From Candidatus Hodarchaeota archaeon (lineage in GTDB: Archaea; Asgardarchaeota; Lokiarchaeia; Sigyniarchaeales; SOKP01), in contig JBHLJY010000003.1 of the NCBI GenBank assembly GCA_048887225.1, positions 160,001 to 224,000 of the forward strand: a stretch of 64,000 bases of DNA. Direction: 5' to 3'. The translations under genes were made by a program, and so were the position numbers. Below are positions 29,055 through 38,618 of this stretch, in pieces (within the stretch, counting starts at the first letter, position 1; each line of letters opens with the position of its first letter). The notes below the pieces were generated by a model. It was not told where the DNA came from. It searched no databases and worked only from the letters and a program-made list of their open reading frames with translations.

Positions 29055-30602
29055 TTAAAAAATTTGATTTAAGCTCTCTATAGCCTTATTTACGTCAGTT
29101 GCCAAGTATGAATGTTTAAAGAAGGATGCAAAAAACGCACGATCTTCTGGATTGAAGTATTTGTAACCAAATTTTTTCCATACCATATTGGGCTGCATAG
29201 GTGCTAAAAGGGAAACAGATTGATTTTCCAATAAATTCCTAAAGTATAAATTAATTTCTTCATTTGTACTATTCTTAATAGTTGTTATTAAAAGATCATT
29301 GGTAAATAAATTCCAAGAATCGTTAAATTGAAGGCAGAACTTCTTTATATCAATCTTCTTTTCAATAATTAAATTAGATAAAGCTCTTATAGCTATTTCA
29401 TAAGCACTTTTTTTATTTTGTTGAAAATCTGGATTAGAAATCATTATACATGGTAAATTTTTAGCATCTTTCTTTATTTGGGGTTGATTATATTCAGGCA
29501 AAAGTCGAATTAGGTTTAGTCCTAGTATGTTCCTTGTATCTTGAATGGTCCCTCCAGTTTCGAAAAACCGTTTATTAATTATATAGATTAATAATTTTTG
29601 AGCATGAATATCCCCAAAATAAGGATAATCCGTACCAAAAAGAAGATATTCGCTCCATTTACGGTTATCTACTGACTCTTTTTTATTCGAAATAAACCAT
29701 TCTCGAAAATCCTCTAAAAAATTTGCTGCGCCTTCCCCATGCAACATAGATAAATCGCCATAAGTATTGGGTTGAACGATGGTATCATAAACTTCGTGAT
29801 CACCAATATTTCCCTGAGCGAAATGTGCTATTATAACTTTAAAATGTTGTAATAATTTAGGGTGGTTTATTTCTAATACGGTTCTCGCTGATTTAATCAA
29901 TTCGCCAATTTCCATAATTGTCTTTTTTCCTCGTGTGTCCAAAATTATTGGCATTGAATATTTGGCAGCTTCTACTAAGATTTGGACTGCTTTATCTGAA
30001 CTAACATTATCAATCCATCCTTCGCTCCTAGGGTGTAATTTAAGCCCGCGCAACCCTAATACTTCCCTAGCGTATTTTACTTCATTAACAGCTTTTTCTC
30101 CTTCCATAGGATCACAACGGCCATAGCCGATTAATTTCATTGAGAACGGAAAGTGAGTTGTAAAGCGGGATATATTAATATTGCTTGCGCGATATAAAGC
30201 TTCAGGAAATTTATCTCGAAATTTATCTTGAAAGGGAAAAACGACACCTTGATCGATGAATGTATAAAACTTAGATTTTTCTTTTAAATCTGAATATAAT
30301 CTGCCCAGTTTCTCTAAGACGCCATATAAATTGTCAGTGAACGGATAAGGTGTAAAAGACCATGAAATCTTGGTGGATTTATTGTTTAGCGTTGTAGTAA
30401 ACGAGATTTCATTATTTTTTTTTAATTCTGCAAATAGTTTTCCTTGTACATTTCCCCAAAAATCGAAAGTCCCTGTACCTGGAGCCAATGGATTCATCAT
30501 ATTGGCATCGTCTACATCGTGGCCTAAATGTGAATGACAATCAATTACAAAGATATTTTCCACTCTTGTCCGTCCATTTTGTTCTATAGTCGCAGTTAAC
30601 AT
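29055..30602 (-). CDS. Amidohydrolase superfamily (Amidohydro_2) protein with C-terminal extension
   Basis: IDCHSHLG, GLKLHP, IIAHF, LLFGTDYPY. Confidence 0.88.
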   Translation of the reverse strand: MLTATIEQNGRTRVENIFVIDCHSHLGHDVDDANMMNPLAPGTGTFDFWGNVQGKLFAELKKNNEISFTTTLNNKSTKISWSFTPYPFTDNLYGVLEKLGRLYSDLKEKSKFYTFIDQGVVFPFQDKFRDKFPEALYRASNINISRFTTHFPFSMKLIGYGRCDPMEGEKAVNEVKYAREVLGLRGLKLHPRSEGWIDNVSSDKAVQILVEAAKYSMPIILDTRGKKTIMEIGELIKSARTVLEINHPKLLQHFKVIIAHFAQGNIGDHEVYDTIVQPNTYGDLSMLHGEGAANFLEDFREWFISNKKESVDNRKWSEYLLFGTDYPYFGDIHAQKLLIYIINKRFFETGGTIQDTRNILGLNLIRLLPEYNQPQIKKDAKNLPCIMISNPDFQQNKKSAYEIAIRALSNLIIEKKIDIKKFCLQFNDSWNLFTNDLLITTIKNSTNEEINLYFRNLLENQSVSLLAPMQPNMVWKKFGYKYFNPEDRAFFASFFKHSYLATDVNKAIESLNQIF

Positions 30603-30629
30603 TTTTACTATACTCTATTATAAATAATT

Positions 30630-32288
30630 CTACTCCCTCATCTCTTTAGGAAGAGTTAAAACTCCCGTAAGAGGATTATTTAAAGGATCTTTACAATATT
30701 CAATTGTGAAATAAATTAAGTCATATAAGATACTTGGATCTTCTCCTTGTTTTAATTTGTAGTCATATAAAGACAATTGATATTCGGCTTCTGTAATAGG
30801 GGGTTTTGCGTAGGAGACGTCACCAAAAACAGATTGCAATAGTGGTTTTAAATAAGGGGAATAGAGAAATCCTAACTCTTTTAGTGCATCTTTTAAATAG
30901 AAAAACATCCTTTGAACTGCCTGCGTCATATAACGTACAGGTTGGTCTTTAGGACCTAAATATTGCTCGGCAAAATCAGGATCATAACGAGCAAGAAATT
31001 CTCGCGTAAGAGTCGGGGCGGGTCTAAAAATAGAAATTAATCCTCTTTCTATTGCTCCTTCTCTATTAGTTGCAATTGTTTCACTTCCAGCATCGGGAAC
31101 CCAAGTACCACTGTCGAGAAGTTTTCTTGCTTTATAACACATCGCTTGAATTAATAATGCAATTCCTATTCGGCGACATATTGAAATTTGAGCATCACTT
31201 ATACGAACCTCAATGGTACCCCAATCTGTAAAGGGAAAGATGTCTTGGAAGCGTCCATCTTCCAAACTAGCTTTCTGGACAATTTGGAGGAAATAATTTT
31301 GAGCATTTTGGTCTGTTGATGTTAAATAAGGAATATAATGGTTTGGGTCGTTGTTACTTAGCATCGAGGTATTATGCTTTAATCTTAATGAGCGCACACA
31401 ATTTGGTGCTGTAATTCTATTATCTATTATTTTTATTACATCAGTAGGTTGATTATTCATTATAGGAGAATTACATGTGAGAGCAATTAAGTGAGGGATA
31501 AAATTTCTTATCATACAATAAGCTTGTACTTTTTCGAGTTCAGATTTAAAAGTCCCCAGATGATTATGGTCAGCTTGTGAAAGACCTCGTTGATATTCCT
31601 TTGCTGCTGGATTTATTGCCGAAGCAATAATATGCAAATCTTTGGGGAGTGTATTTTTTGCTAATAAAAATAATGTAGAAGCCCAATATGCAAGTTCTTC
31701 GACAAATTCACAAGGTGGAGTAACTAATTCCAAGATATAAGTGATTGCCGTAACATTTCCATCGCGCGCAAAAGAATCTATATCCACGTAAGATCCATCA
31801 GGCAGTTGATATCTTAATTTCATTGCAAAACCTTTTTCAATATCCTCTACGCCCCAAGGGTGTGCCAAAACCTTTTGACGTACATATTCAGGAACAGGTA
31901 AAAAATCGGCCCTCCTATTGTATAAAATTTGATCCATAATTTTAATGGCCTCCTTCACAATTTCTCGCATTCTAAACACCATTTCATCACCATCAGGATA
32001 TGCTCCTACATCATCAGCTATAATTAGTTCCATCTCTATACCGTGAGTGAAGGGTAATGGCCTCCATAGTTCTACATCAGCTAGTATTTCTGCCCAAGGT
32101 CTATCATAATGCCAACTATAGATTTCTCGATAGTCTGTTCCGATAAATAGATTATCGCCCGATCTATCAACTGGATTTCCTAATGAAACTCCTGGAGGTA
32201 ATCCTTTTACTTTTTGAATTTTCTTAGATACCTTCGATTTGCTTTTTCCTTTTTTCTTCTTTTTTCTCTTTTTTTTGTCTTTTGCCAT
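30630..32288 (-). CDS. Carboxylate-amine ligase, glutamate-cysteine ligase family 2 (YbdK/GCS2-like), with polybasic N-terminus
   Basis: HGIEMELII, LELVTPPC, HNHLG, LIALTCNSP, WGTIEVRISDAQ. Confidence 0.85.
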   Translation of the reverse strand: MAKDKKKRKKKKKGKSKSKVSKKIQKVKGLPPGVSLGNPVDRSGDNLFIGTDYREIYSWHYDRPWAEILADVELWRPLPFTHGIEMELIIADDVGAYPDGDEMVFRMREIVKEAIKIMDQILYNRRADFLPVPEYVRQKVLAHPWGVEDIEKGFAMKLRYQLPDGSYVDIDSFARDGNVTAITYILELVTPPCEFVEELAYWASTLFLLAKNTLPKDLHIIASAINPAAKEYQRGLSQADHNHLGTFKSELEKVQAYCMIRNFIPHLIALTCNSPIMNNQPTDVIKIIDNRITAPNCVRSLRLKHNTSMLSNNDPNHYIPYLTSTDQNAQNYFLQIVQKASLEDGRFQDIFPFTDWGTIEVRISDAQISICRRIGIALLIQAMCYKARKLLDSGTWVPDAGSETIATNREGAIERGLISIFRPAPTLTREFLARYDPDFAEQYLGPKDQPVRYMTQAVQRMFFYLKDALKELGFLYSPYLKPLLQSVFGDVSYAKPPITEAEYQLSLYDYKLKQGEDPSILYDLIYFTIEYCKDPLNNPLTGVLTLPKEMRE

Positions 32289-32339
32289 TGATCTATATCC
32301 TTTTTTTTAATTTGATCTTTGATGTACTTTTTCTTAAAA

Positions 32340-34268
32340 TTAAATTAAAGATTGTATAAACGATTTAAGAATATTATATTCGTTAATAAATTCGTAGGAT
32401 AAAATTAAATTTACAATTTTGCACATATTTGGTGGAAATAATTGCTTCAAATTGTCTACAGTGGCACCATCCTTAAATAAAGACTCATCAATTATCAAGT
32501 TCGCAGAGTCACCAAGGTTTTCAATAATTTTAGAATTTATTTCATCATCTATTCCTGATTCAGAAGATAAGATAATTGTAGGTTTTCCTAAGTAAGGAAT
32601 TAAGTCTAAATTAAAGATTAAAATAGGATTGGGGGCATTTTTTAAACTGGAAGCTAAAAATTGTGTGAGTGTATTGTTTATAGTCATTAATTCGGATTGA
32701 CTATGATTTTCTTTTGAGGGATAAATATAATACGCAAACGATTTGTTCAAATTAAATTTTAAATCAGAATAGACTCGATCAAGTATAGGAAAAATACTAA
32801 AATCATAACTAAATAATGAAACGATTATTGCGTTAAAATTGAAGTCATTCATAAGGATATTATTACTTATGTTACCTCCCGTTAGAGAGAAACTATTTAC
32901 AAATTCATTGATTTTTGATATAAATGTGTTAAATAAATAATAATGCGAATAAACCGGCGATGGTTCCATTCTTGTTCTTATTTCATCTACCATCTCGTAA
33001 ATGGTATCAAATAAATCCTTAGCAACTTTATCTTTGATCTCCCTTAAGTTAAATCCTATTATTATTGTATCCGCCGCTTGAGGAGAATCAATTTCTGCTA
33101 ATGCGCATATCGCATCTTTATAGAAATTATAAGCTGAATTATTAAAATTATTTTCAGACAAATTTAATTTAGATGATTTTTCAATTACATTAATAATTTG
33201 ATTTAAAACTTTTGAAATCTCTGTTTGACTATTTCTTTTGTGCAATTCTTTAACTATAGTATATAAAATCTTAACTTTTAATAAACCATCACTAATAAGA
33301 GTACATATTTTAGCAGCAACACTAGGATTTAAATTAATTGTATTGTTAACGATATCAATTATAAGATTTTCTCTTTTCAAAGGATCTTTAATTAAATAAG
33401 CTACTTTTGGAGCTTGTTCTGGATCCCTTTTTACCAAATCGAAAGCTAAATTCATAATTAACGAAAGCTTTTTGTCATTATTCGTAATGTTCTTTATAAC
33501 TTCAATAGAGCCATCTAAATTTATAGACGCATAGGCTCTGATTAAATAATGATAAAAACTCGCTTTTTCTTGTTCATTAGACAATTTCAACGCTGAATTT
33601 AGCGATTTTTCTAGGTTTTTATTATAAAGATAGCCTTTTGCCAACTTTTTAGAACAATTGTCAATTTCTTCTAAAAGTCGTTTTTTATTACTCTCAATTT
33701 CTTCAATGCTCATTTCTGTCTCTGATTTCTCTGTTTGAGTCAAAATATTTTGCTTTAATAAGTGAAAAGAGTGATATTCTTTTTTTTTTTTCTCTAATTC
33801 TTTTTCTATTTGAGTTAATTCATCCATTGTTATTGAAATAATAAAATCGTCTATATTGAAACCATCGGCAAATTTAGAGACTTTTAATATAGGTTGTCTT
33901 TCTAAAATTTCGTTAATTTGACTTTTAGGAACCACATTTCTTACTTTTTTTACTTTTACAGTATATTCAACAATTTTCATCCAATTTGCAAACATTGACA
34001 ATTTTCCAAAACCATCAATAGTAGGAATTAACTTAATTTCGAAATTTTTGGTTTCTCCCGGGCCAAATTGGATAGCATCCTTTTTTAATTCGTCAGGTAT
34101 TTCAATTTTTAAATTTTCTACTTCAAAAGCAAATTTGAAAAAGGCTTGCTTATTAGTACGATTTATTGCTTCAAAAATTATATTGTTATCATTAGAAGGA
34201 ATTAACAAATTCTGTGGAAAGTGTGTTATTTTCAATGAGATCGTTTTTTCTGGGTCCGTAATTTCCAT
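32340..34268 (-). CDS. Hypothetical protein: beta-sandwich-like N-terminus, coiled coil, alpha-solenoid repeats
   Basis: 642-aa ORF; FGPGETKNFEIKLIP (Ig-like); repeated DPEQAPKVAYLIKDP / NPSVAAKICTLISD helices. Confidence 0.7.
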   Translation of the reverse strand: MEITDPEKTISLKITHFPQNLLIPSNDNNIIFEAINRTNKQAFFKFAFEVENLKIEIPDELKKDAIQFGPGETKNFEIKLIPTIDGFGKLSMFANWMKIVEYTVKVKKVRNVVPKSQINEILERQPILKVSKFADGFNIDDFIISITMDELTQIEKELEKKKKEYHSFHLLKQNILTQTEKSETEMSIEEIESNKKRLLEEIDNCSKKLAKGYLYNKNLEKSLNSALKLSNEQEKASFYHYLIRAYASINLDGSIEVIKNITNNDKKLSLIMNLAFDLVKRDPEQAPKVAYLIKDPLKRENLIIDIVNNTINLNPSVAAKICTLISDGLLKVKILYTIVKELHKRNSQTEISKVLNQIINVIEKSSKLNLSENNFNNSAYNFYKDAICALAEIDSPQAADTIIIGFNLREIKDKVAKDLFDTIYEMVDEIRTRMEPSPVYSHYYLFNTFISKINEFVNSFSLTGGNISNNILMNDFNFNAIIVSLFSYDFSIFPILDRVYSDLKFNLNKSFAYYIYPSKENHSQSELMTINNTLTQFLASSLKNAPNPILIFNLDLIPYLGKPTIILSSESGIDDEINSKIIENLGDSANLIIDESLFKDGATVDNLKQLFPPNMCKIVNLILSYEFINEYNILKSFIQSLI

Positions 34269-34499
34269 CTTAAAACCAAGTATATTCTTTCTAATTATCT
34301 ATATGAAATAATATAATACATAAATTCTTTATTAATAGTAATTACCCAAGAGGCTATAGCAAAATATCTTACTGTCAATAATAATATAAACAATGGAATA
34401 AGTTTTTTCCACTCAACCATATTCTTTTTAAAAAAGAACTTGATTTTAAATCTTTATGAAAAAAAGATTCTAAAAAAAAGGCAATTCTAGAAAGAAGAA

Positions 34500-35237
34500 T
34501 TATTTTCCCTTCCGCCTATTTCTACTAATATAATCTTTTAAATCTTCTAACAGTAATTCTTCGTTATATTCAGGCCAAAATTCGTTTCTAAATTTAAATT
34601 CTGCATATGAAGCATCCCATAAAAGAAAGCCAGAAATTCTAGCACCATCTTCCATTCCAGTGCGAATTATTAAGTCCACTTCAGGAAATTTGTTTGTATA
34701 TAAATAGTCTTTAATAATTTTACGATCAATATTATTTGGATTAATATTATCTTTAATTATATTTTTTACTGCATCGCAAATCTCAGCTTGCCCATCGTAC
34801 ATTATTAAAACATTCACGAAGGCACCATCAAAATCTTTCGTATATTCGATTAACTCGTCGATTTTATCACGCACATCTTGCGGCAATAACTCTAATCTGC
34901 CAAGTACATTGAATTTAACTTTTTCTTCGGTAACAATCGGTTCGTTTCTTACTGTTTCTACAGCCAATTTTATTATCTTATATATATATTTTAACTCATC
35001 TTTGGGTCGCTTTAAAGCATTTTCGAGAGATAGAGCATATAAAGTAAGATATTTAATTCCTGCTTCAAAGCAAGCTAACAAAATCTTCTTTACTACTTCG
35101 TATCCCCTATAATGTCCTACATTTCTATGGACATTATTTATTCGTGCCCAACGACGGTTGCCATCTGGAATTAAGCCAATATGTTTTGGAATTTTATCAT
35201 TCGGCAATTTCTGCAATTCTGTAAGTTCAGTTTCCAA
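34500..35237 (-). CDS. uppS: Cis-prenyltransferase (UppS family)
   Basis: PKHIGLIPDGNRRWA, YALSLEN..RP, DLIIRTG, RISGFLLW. Confidence 0.95.
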   Translation of the reverse strand: METELTELQKLPNDKIPKHIGLIPDGNRRWARINNVHRNVGHYRGYEVVKKILLACFEAGIKYLTLYALSLENALKRPKDELKYIYKIIKLAVETVRNEPIVTEEKVKFNVLGRLELLPQDVRDKIDELIEYTKDFDGAFVNVLIMYDGQAEICDAVKNIIKDNINPNNIDRKIIKDYLYTNKFPEVDLIIRTGMEDGARISGFLLWDASYAEFKFRNEFWPEYNEELLLEDLKDYISRNRRKGK

Positions 35238-35660
35238 TTAATCTAACACCTATCAGTAAAAATATAAGTTTATAAAAAAATTTTGCGAATTTTTTTAACC
35301 CACGGGATACAGATTTTAACTTTAGTTTTAAGATCTATAATAATATTAAATGATATAAATAATACATTTAATAAAATAAATATGTATTTATTTTTAGGAA
35401 AACAAGAAATTATCAATAAAAAGACCTCTCTCTTTGAAAAAAAATCTCTCTTCTAATAGGAGAGCTGAAAAGTTCATTAAAAAATAGTTATATAAAGGAT
35501 CAAAAATATTTATTAAAAAATTCAAATATTTTTAATAAAATAAAAAATTCTAATTAATCTTAACTTTTAATGTTAAAAAAGGGAAAAAATTAATTTGCGC
35601 AATTACTTATATAAATTTATTTAAATAGTCTTGAACAAATAAAGAAAAAATGATGATCCA

Positions 35661-37298
35661 TTGATCTCTAATGAATACTTATTTACAAATATCGGTATTG
35701 ATTCTGTAGGCTTCCATGCCCCGAGATATTATGTTGATTTAGAAGAGCTAGCCGTGAAGCGTCAAATCGATCCAGACAAGTTTAAAAAAGGTTTAATGTT
35801 AAGAGAAATGCGTTTTCCGGAAGTGGATGAAGATATTATATCCTTGGGCCTTAAGGCAGGTTATAATGCTTTGGCAAGAGGAAATATTTCTCCAAAAGAC
35901 ATTGATGCTGTTTTTGTCGGAACAGAAACAATGACCTATGCTGCAAAGTCGGTATCTAATATTTTTACTGAATTACTTGGCGTTTCGCCAAATTCAATGA
36001 CACAAGATGTCTATAATACGTGTGCTGCCGGGACTCTTGCAATGCTAAACGCGATTTCTTTAATAGAAAAAGATATCATAAATAAAGCGCTGGTTATAAA
36101 TGCTGATATTTCTTCATATGAATTAGGTAGTTTGGGCGAACCTACCCAAGGTTCGGGAGCGACAGCATTCGTTATTTCAAAAAATCCTCGAGTGGCCGCA
36201 TTTAGTAAAAAATTTGGCAAGGTTTCTGGTAATGTTAATGATTTTTTTAGACCAGTAAACGAAATTAATGCGCAGGTGCCAAATGGTCAATATTCTGTTG
36301 ATACTTATTTAAATTTCCAGTTAAGAGCTTACGATGATCTTATTAATAATGTAGGTGATTTTCATGCTGATTATTACACTTTTCATGCACCTTATTCTAA
36401 ATTACCAATAAAGTGTATGCAACAAATAATACTTAAAAGATGGGTAAAACATATTAACAATCTTCCAAAATTAGATGTAGATGAAATTAAGAGCTCACTT
36501 TTGAAAAAAATTGATAATTTTCTACATGATGTTTCTGTACTTCCAGGATATATATATTTGAAATTAAAAGAGAAAGGATACTCATCCTCTAGATTAGAGA
36601 ATTGGGCACATTGGGTAAATACTAATGTTAAAGCAAAATTACTTCCTCAATTAAGAGTACCTATGCATTTTGGAAACATGTATTCTGCTGCTTTATGGGC
36701 CCAAATTATTTATATCCTTGAGAACCATGCTCGAGTAAGTGATACGATTTATTTTGGCTCATACGGTTCCGGTGCGACTTGTATATCAGGATTATTAAAA
36801 GTAAGGCGAAAATTTAAATCTGTAGTAGAAAATGGACCAAAAATAGTAGATTATATTAATTATAAGCAAAGAAAAAGTGTCACAGAATACGAACTAATAA
36901 AGTATGGCGTTCTAAAACCTCAAATCCATATTGGACGCGTGATTGAACATAAGTTAAATGAAAATAGATGTTTTACACTTCATTTTTGTAATAAGGGTTG
37001 TATTATCCCAAATATACCCGGATTAAATTATTGTCCTAATGGGCATTCTGGTTATCATAAAATGGTATTCCCACTCTATGCTGTTTTAAAGTCTAAACCA
37101 CTATTAAATCCTAACATTAATGATCTTACCTATCTAAGAAAGGGATTAGTAAGAGTTTCACCAGAAGCGAGTATAGGGAATTCTTTAGAGTATGAATTGA
37201 GACGTGTGGTAATTGACGATGAGAATGCTCATAAAGCACTTAGTTCATTAAATTGGTCCCCTATGTATGTTCCGGTTCACAACATTTATTATATTTAA
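35661..37298 (+). CDS. HMG-CoA synthase with C-terminal DUF35-like (Zn-ribbon/OB) extension
   Basis: VGTET, catalytic YNTCAAG, GEPTQGSGA, DFFRP, FHAPY, GNMYSA, SYGSG. Confidence 0.9.
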   Translation: MISNEYLFTNIGIDSVGFHAPRYYVDLEELAVKRQIDPDKFKKGLMLREMRFPEVDEDIISLGLKAGYNALARGNISPKDIDAVFVGTETMTYAAKSVSNIFTELLGVSPNSMTQDVYNTCAAGTLAMLNAISLIEKDIINKALVINADISSYELGSLGEPTQGSGATAFVISKNPRVAAFSKKFGKVSGNVNDFFRPVNEINAQVPNGQYSVDTYLNFQLRAYDDLINNVGDFHADYYTFHAPYSKLPIKCMQQIILKRWVKHINNLPKLDVDEIKSSLLKKIDNFLHDVSVLPGYIYLKLKEKGYSSSRLENWAHWVNTNVKAKLLPQLRVPMHFGNMYSAALWAQIIYILENHARVSDTIYFGSYGSGATCISGLLKVRRKFKSVVENGPKIVDYINYKQRKSVTEYELIKYGVLKPQIHIGRVIEHKLNENRCFTLHFCNKGCIIPNIPGLNYCPNGHSGYHKMVFPLYAVLKSKPLLNPNINDLTYLRKGLVRVSPEASIGNSLEYELRRVVIDDENAHKALSSLNWSPMYVPVHNIYYI

Positions 37299-37432
37299 AT
37301 CAAAATAACATACTTTAGATTTTATTTGAAAATTTTCTAAAATTAAAACAAAATCCATTTTAATTTGGATAAATTTATAAAATCTTAAATAAATCTTTAT
37401 CATTTAGAAAAATTATTTGAGTTGAAAAGTGG

Positions 37433-38614
37433 ATTTCTGGTTTTAAAATAGAAGATGAAATCTCATATGATGAATTTGGTCCTGAAAAGATCATTATTTT
37501 AAGCGATCCTAAAGTAAATATGAAGGGCTTTTTAGTAATTGATAATTCTGCTTATGGAGTTCCAGCAGGAGGTATAAGATTTGCTCAAAACCTCACTTTA
37601 AGCGAGATGACAAGATTAGCTCGTGCAATGTCTTTAAAATTTTCCTCCTATGGATTTCCAACGGGGGGTGCGAAATCGGGCTTAATTGGAAACCCGTTTG
37701 ATAATAATCGTGATTTATTAATAACAAGCTTTGCTCTCTCACTAGCTCCATTTATTAAAGAAAAAATTTATTATCCTGGACCAGATATGGGCACATATGA
37801 TTCGGATTTGGAAAGAATATTTAAAATTGCCGGTACGCCAGAGCTAGTTCCTCGGAAAATTGGATTAATGAAAGACGATATTCCGATTGAAGAATTATTT
37901 ACTGGATACGGGGTAGTTAATTGTCTAAAGACTGTCCTTCAATATAAAAAACCTAAAAATAATAAGCTAAAAATAATTTTAGAAGGCTTTGGTAAAGTTG
38001 GAACCAGTATTGCACTTTACTTAAGGGAATCAAATTACAAATTAACTGGAGTTTCAACAATAAAAGGTGCCATATACGATGACGATGGGCTCAATATAGA
38101 TCAATTATTAAGATTAAAGAATGAATTTGGAGGAGACGAATTAATTAATCATTATGAAAGTAAAAATGTAATTAAAATTCTAAAAGAAAAATTATTTGAA
38201 TTATCTTCAGATTATCCAACAGACGTCATAATCCCTGGAGCAAGACCAGATGTTATTAATAAAGATAATATTGATAAAATAAAAGCAAAATGGATAATTC
38301 CTGCCGCTAACATACCATATCAAAAAGGTGTAATAGATATATTAGAAGAAAAAGGGATTGTCTGTTTTCCTGATTTTGTGTCCAATGCTGGAGAAATCTT
38401 AGCTATAGCTGTAATTAATAACCCAATAGGCGAAGCAGAGATTTTTAACTATATTAAAACGAAAATTTCAGAAAAAACTTTGGAAATATTGAATGGCGCA
38501 AATGAACAAAAAATACCTCCTTTTCATTTTGCTGAAAACAAGGCTCTAAATGCTTTGAGAAAAAAAATAATAAAAATTAAAAGAAAAATTGAAAGAATAA
38601 ATAGAAAATTTTAA
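37433..38614 (+). CDS. Glu/Leu/Phe/Val dehydrogenase family (ORF-track start 37520; conserved N-terminus extends upstream to ATT 37433 or ATA 37448)
   Basis: DEFGPEKII..SDP lies upstream of the ATG; AGGIR, MSLK, GGAKSG, GPDMGT, TGYGV, EGFGKVG, PDFVSNAG. Confidence 0.88.
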   Translation: MSGFKIEDEISYDEFGPEKIIILSDPKVNMKGFLVIDNSAYGVPAGGIRFAQNLTLSEMTRLARAMSLKFSSYGFPTGGAKSGLIGNPFDNNRDLLITSFALSLAPFIKEKIYYPGPDMGTYDSDLERIFKIAGTPELVPRKIGLMKDDIPIEELFTGYGVVNCLKTVLQYKKPKNNKLKIILEGFGKVGTSIALYLRESNYKLTGVSTIKGAIYDDDGLNIDQLLRLKNEFGGDELINHYESKNVIKILKEKLFELSSDYPTDVIIPGARPDVINKDNIDKIKAKWIIPAANIPYQKGVIDILEEKGIVCFPDFVSNAGEILAIAVINNPIGEAEIFNYIKTKISEKTLEILNGANEQKIPPFHFAENKALNALRKKIIKIKRKIERINRKF

Positions 38615-38618
38615 ATTT

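Noticed and set aside
35446-35465. Small hairpin CTCTCTT-CTAAT-AGGAGAG in the uppS/HMGS divergent region
   Set aside because: Single weak stem with no further support
37418-37420. In-frame TGA upstream of the amino-acid dehydrogenase as selenocysteine
   Set aside because: No SECIS seen, no redox context, and upstream sequence looks like AT-rich promoter; treated as the ORF boundary
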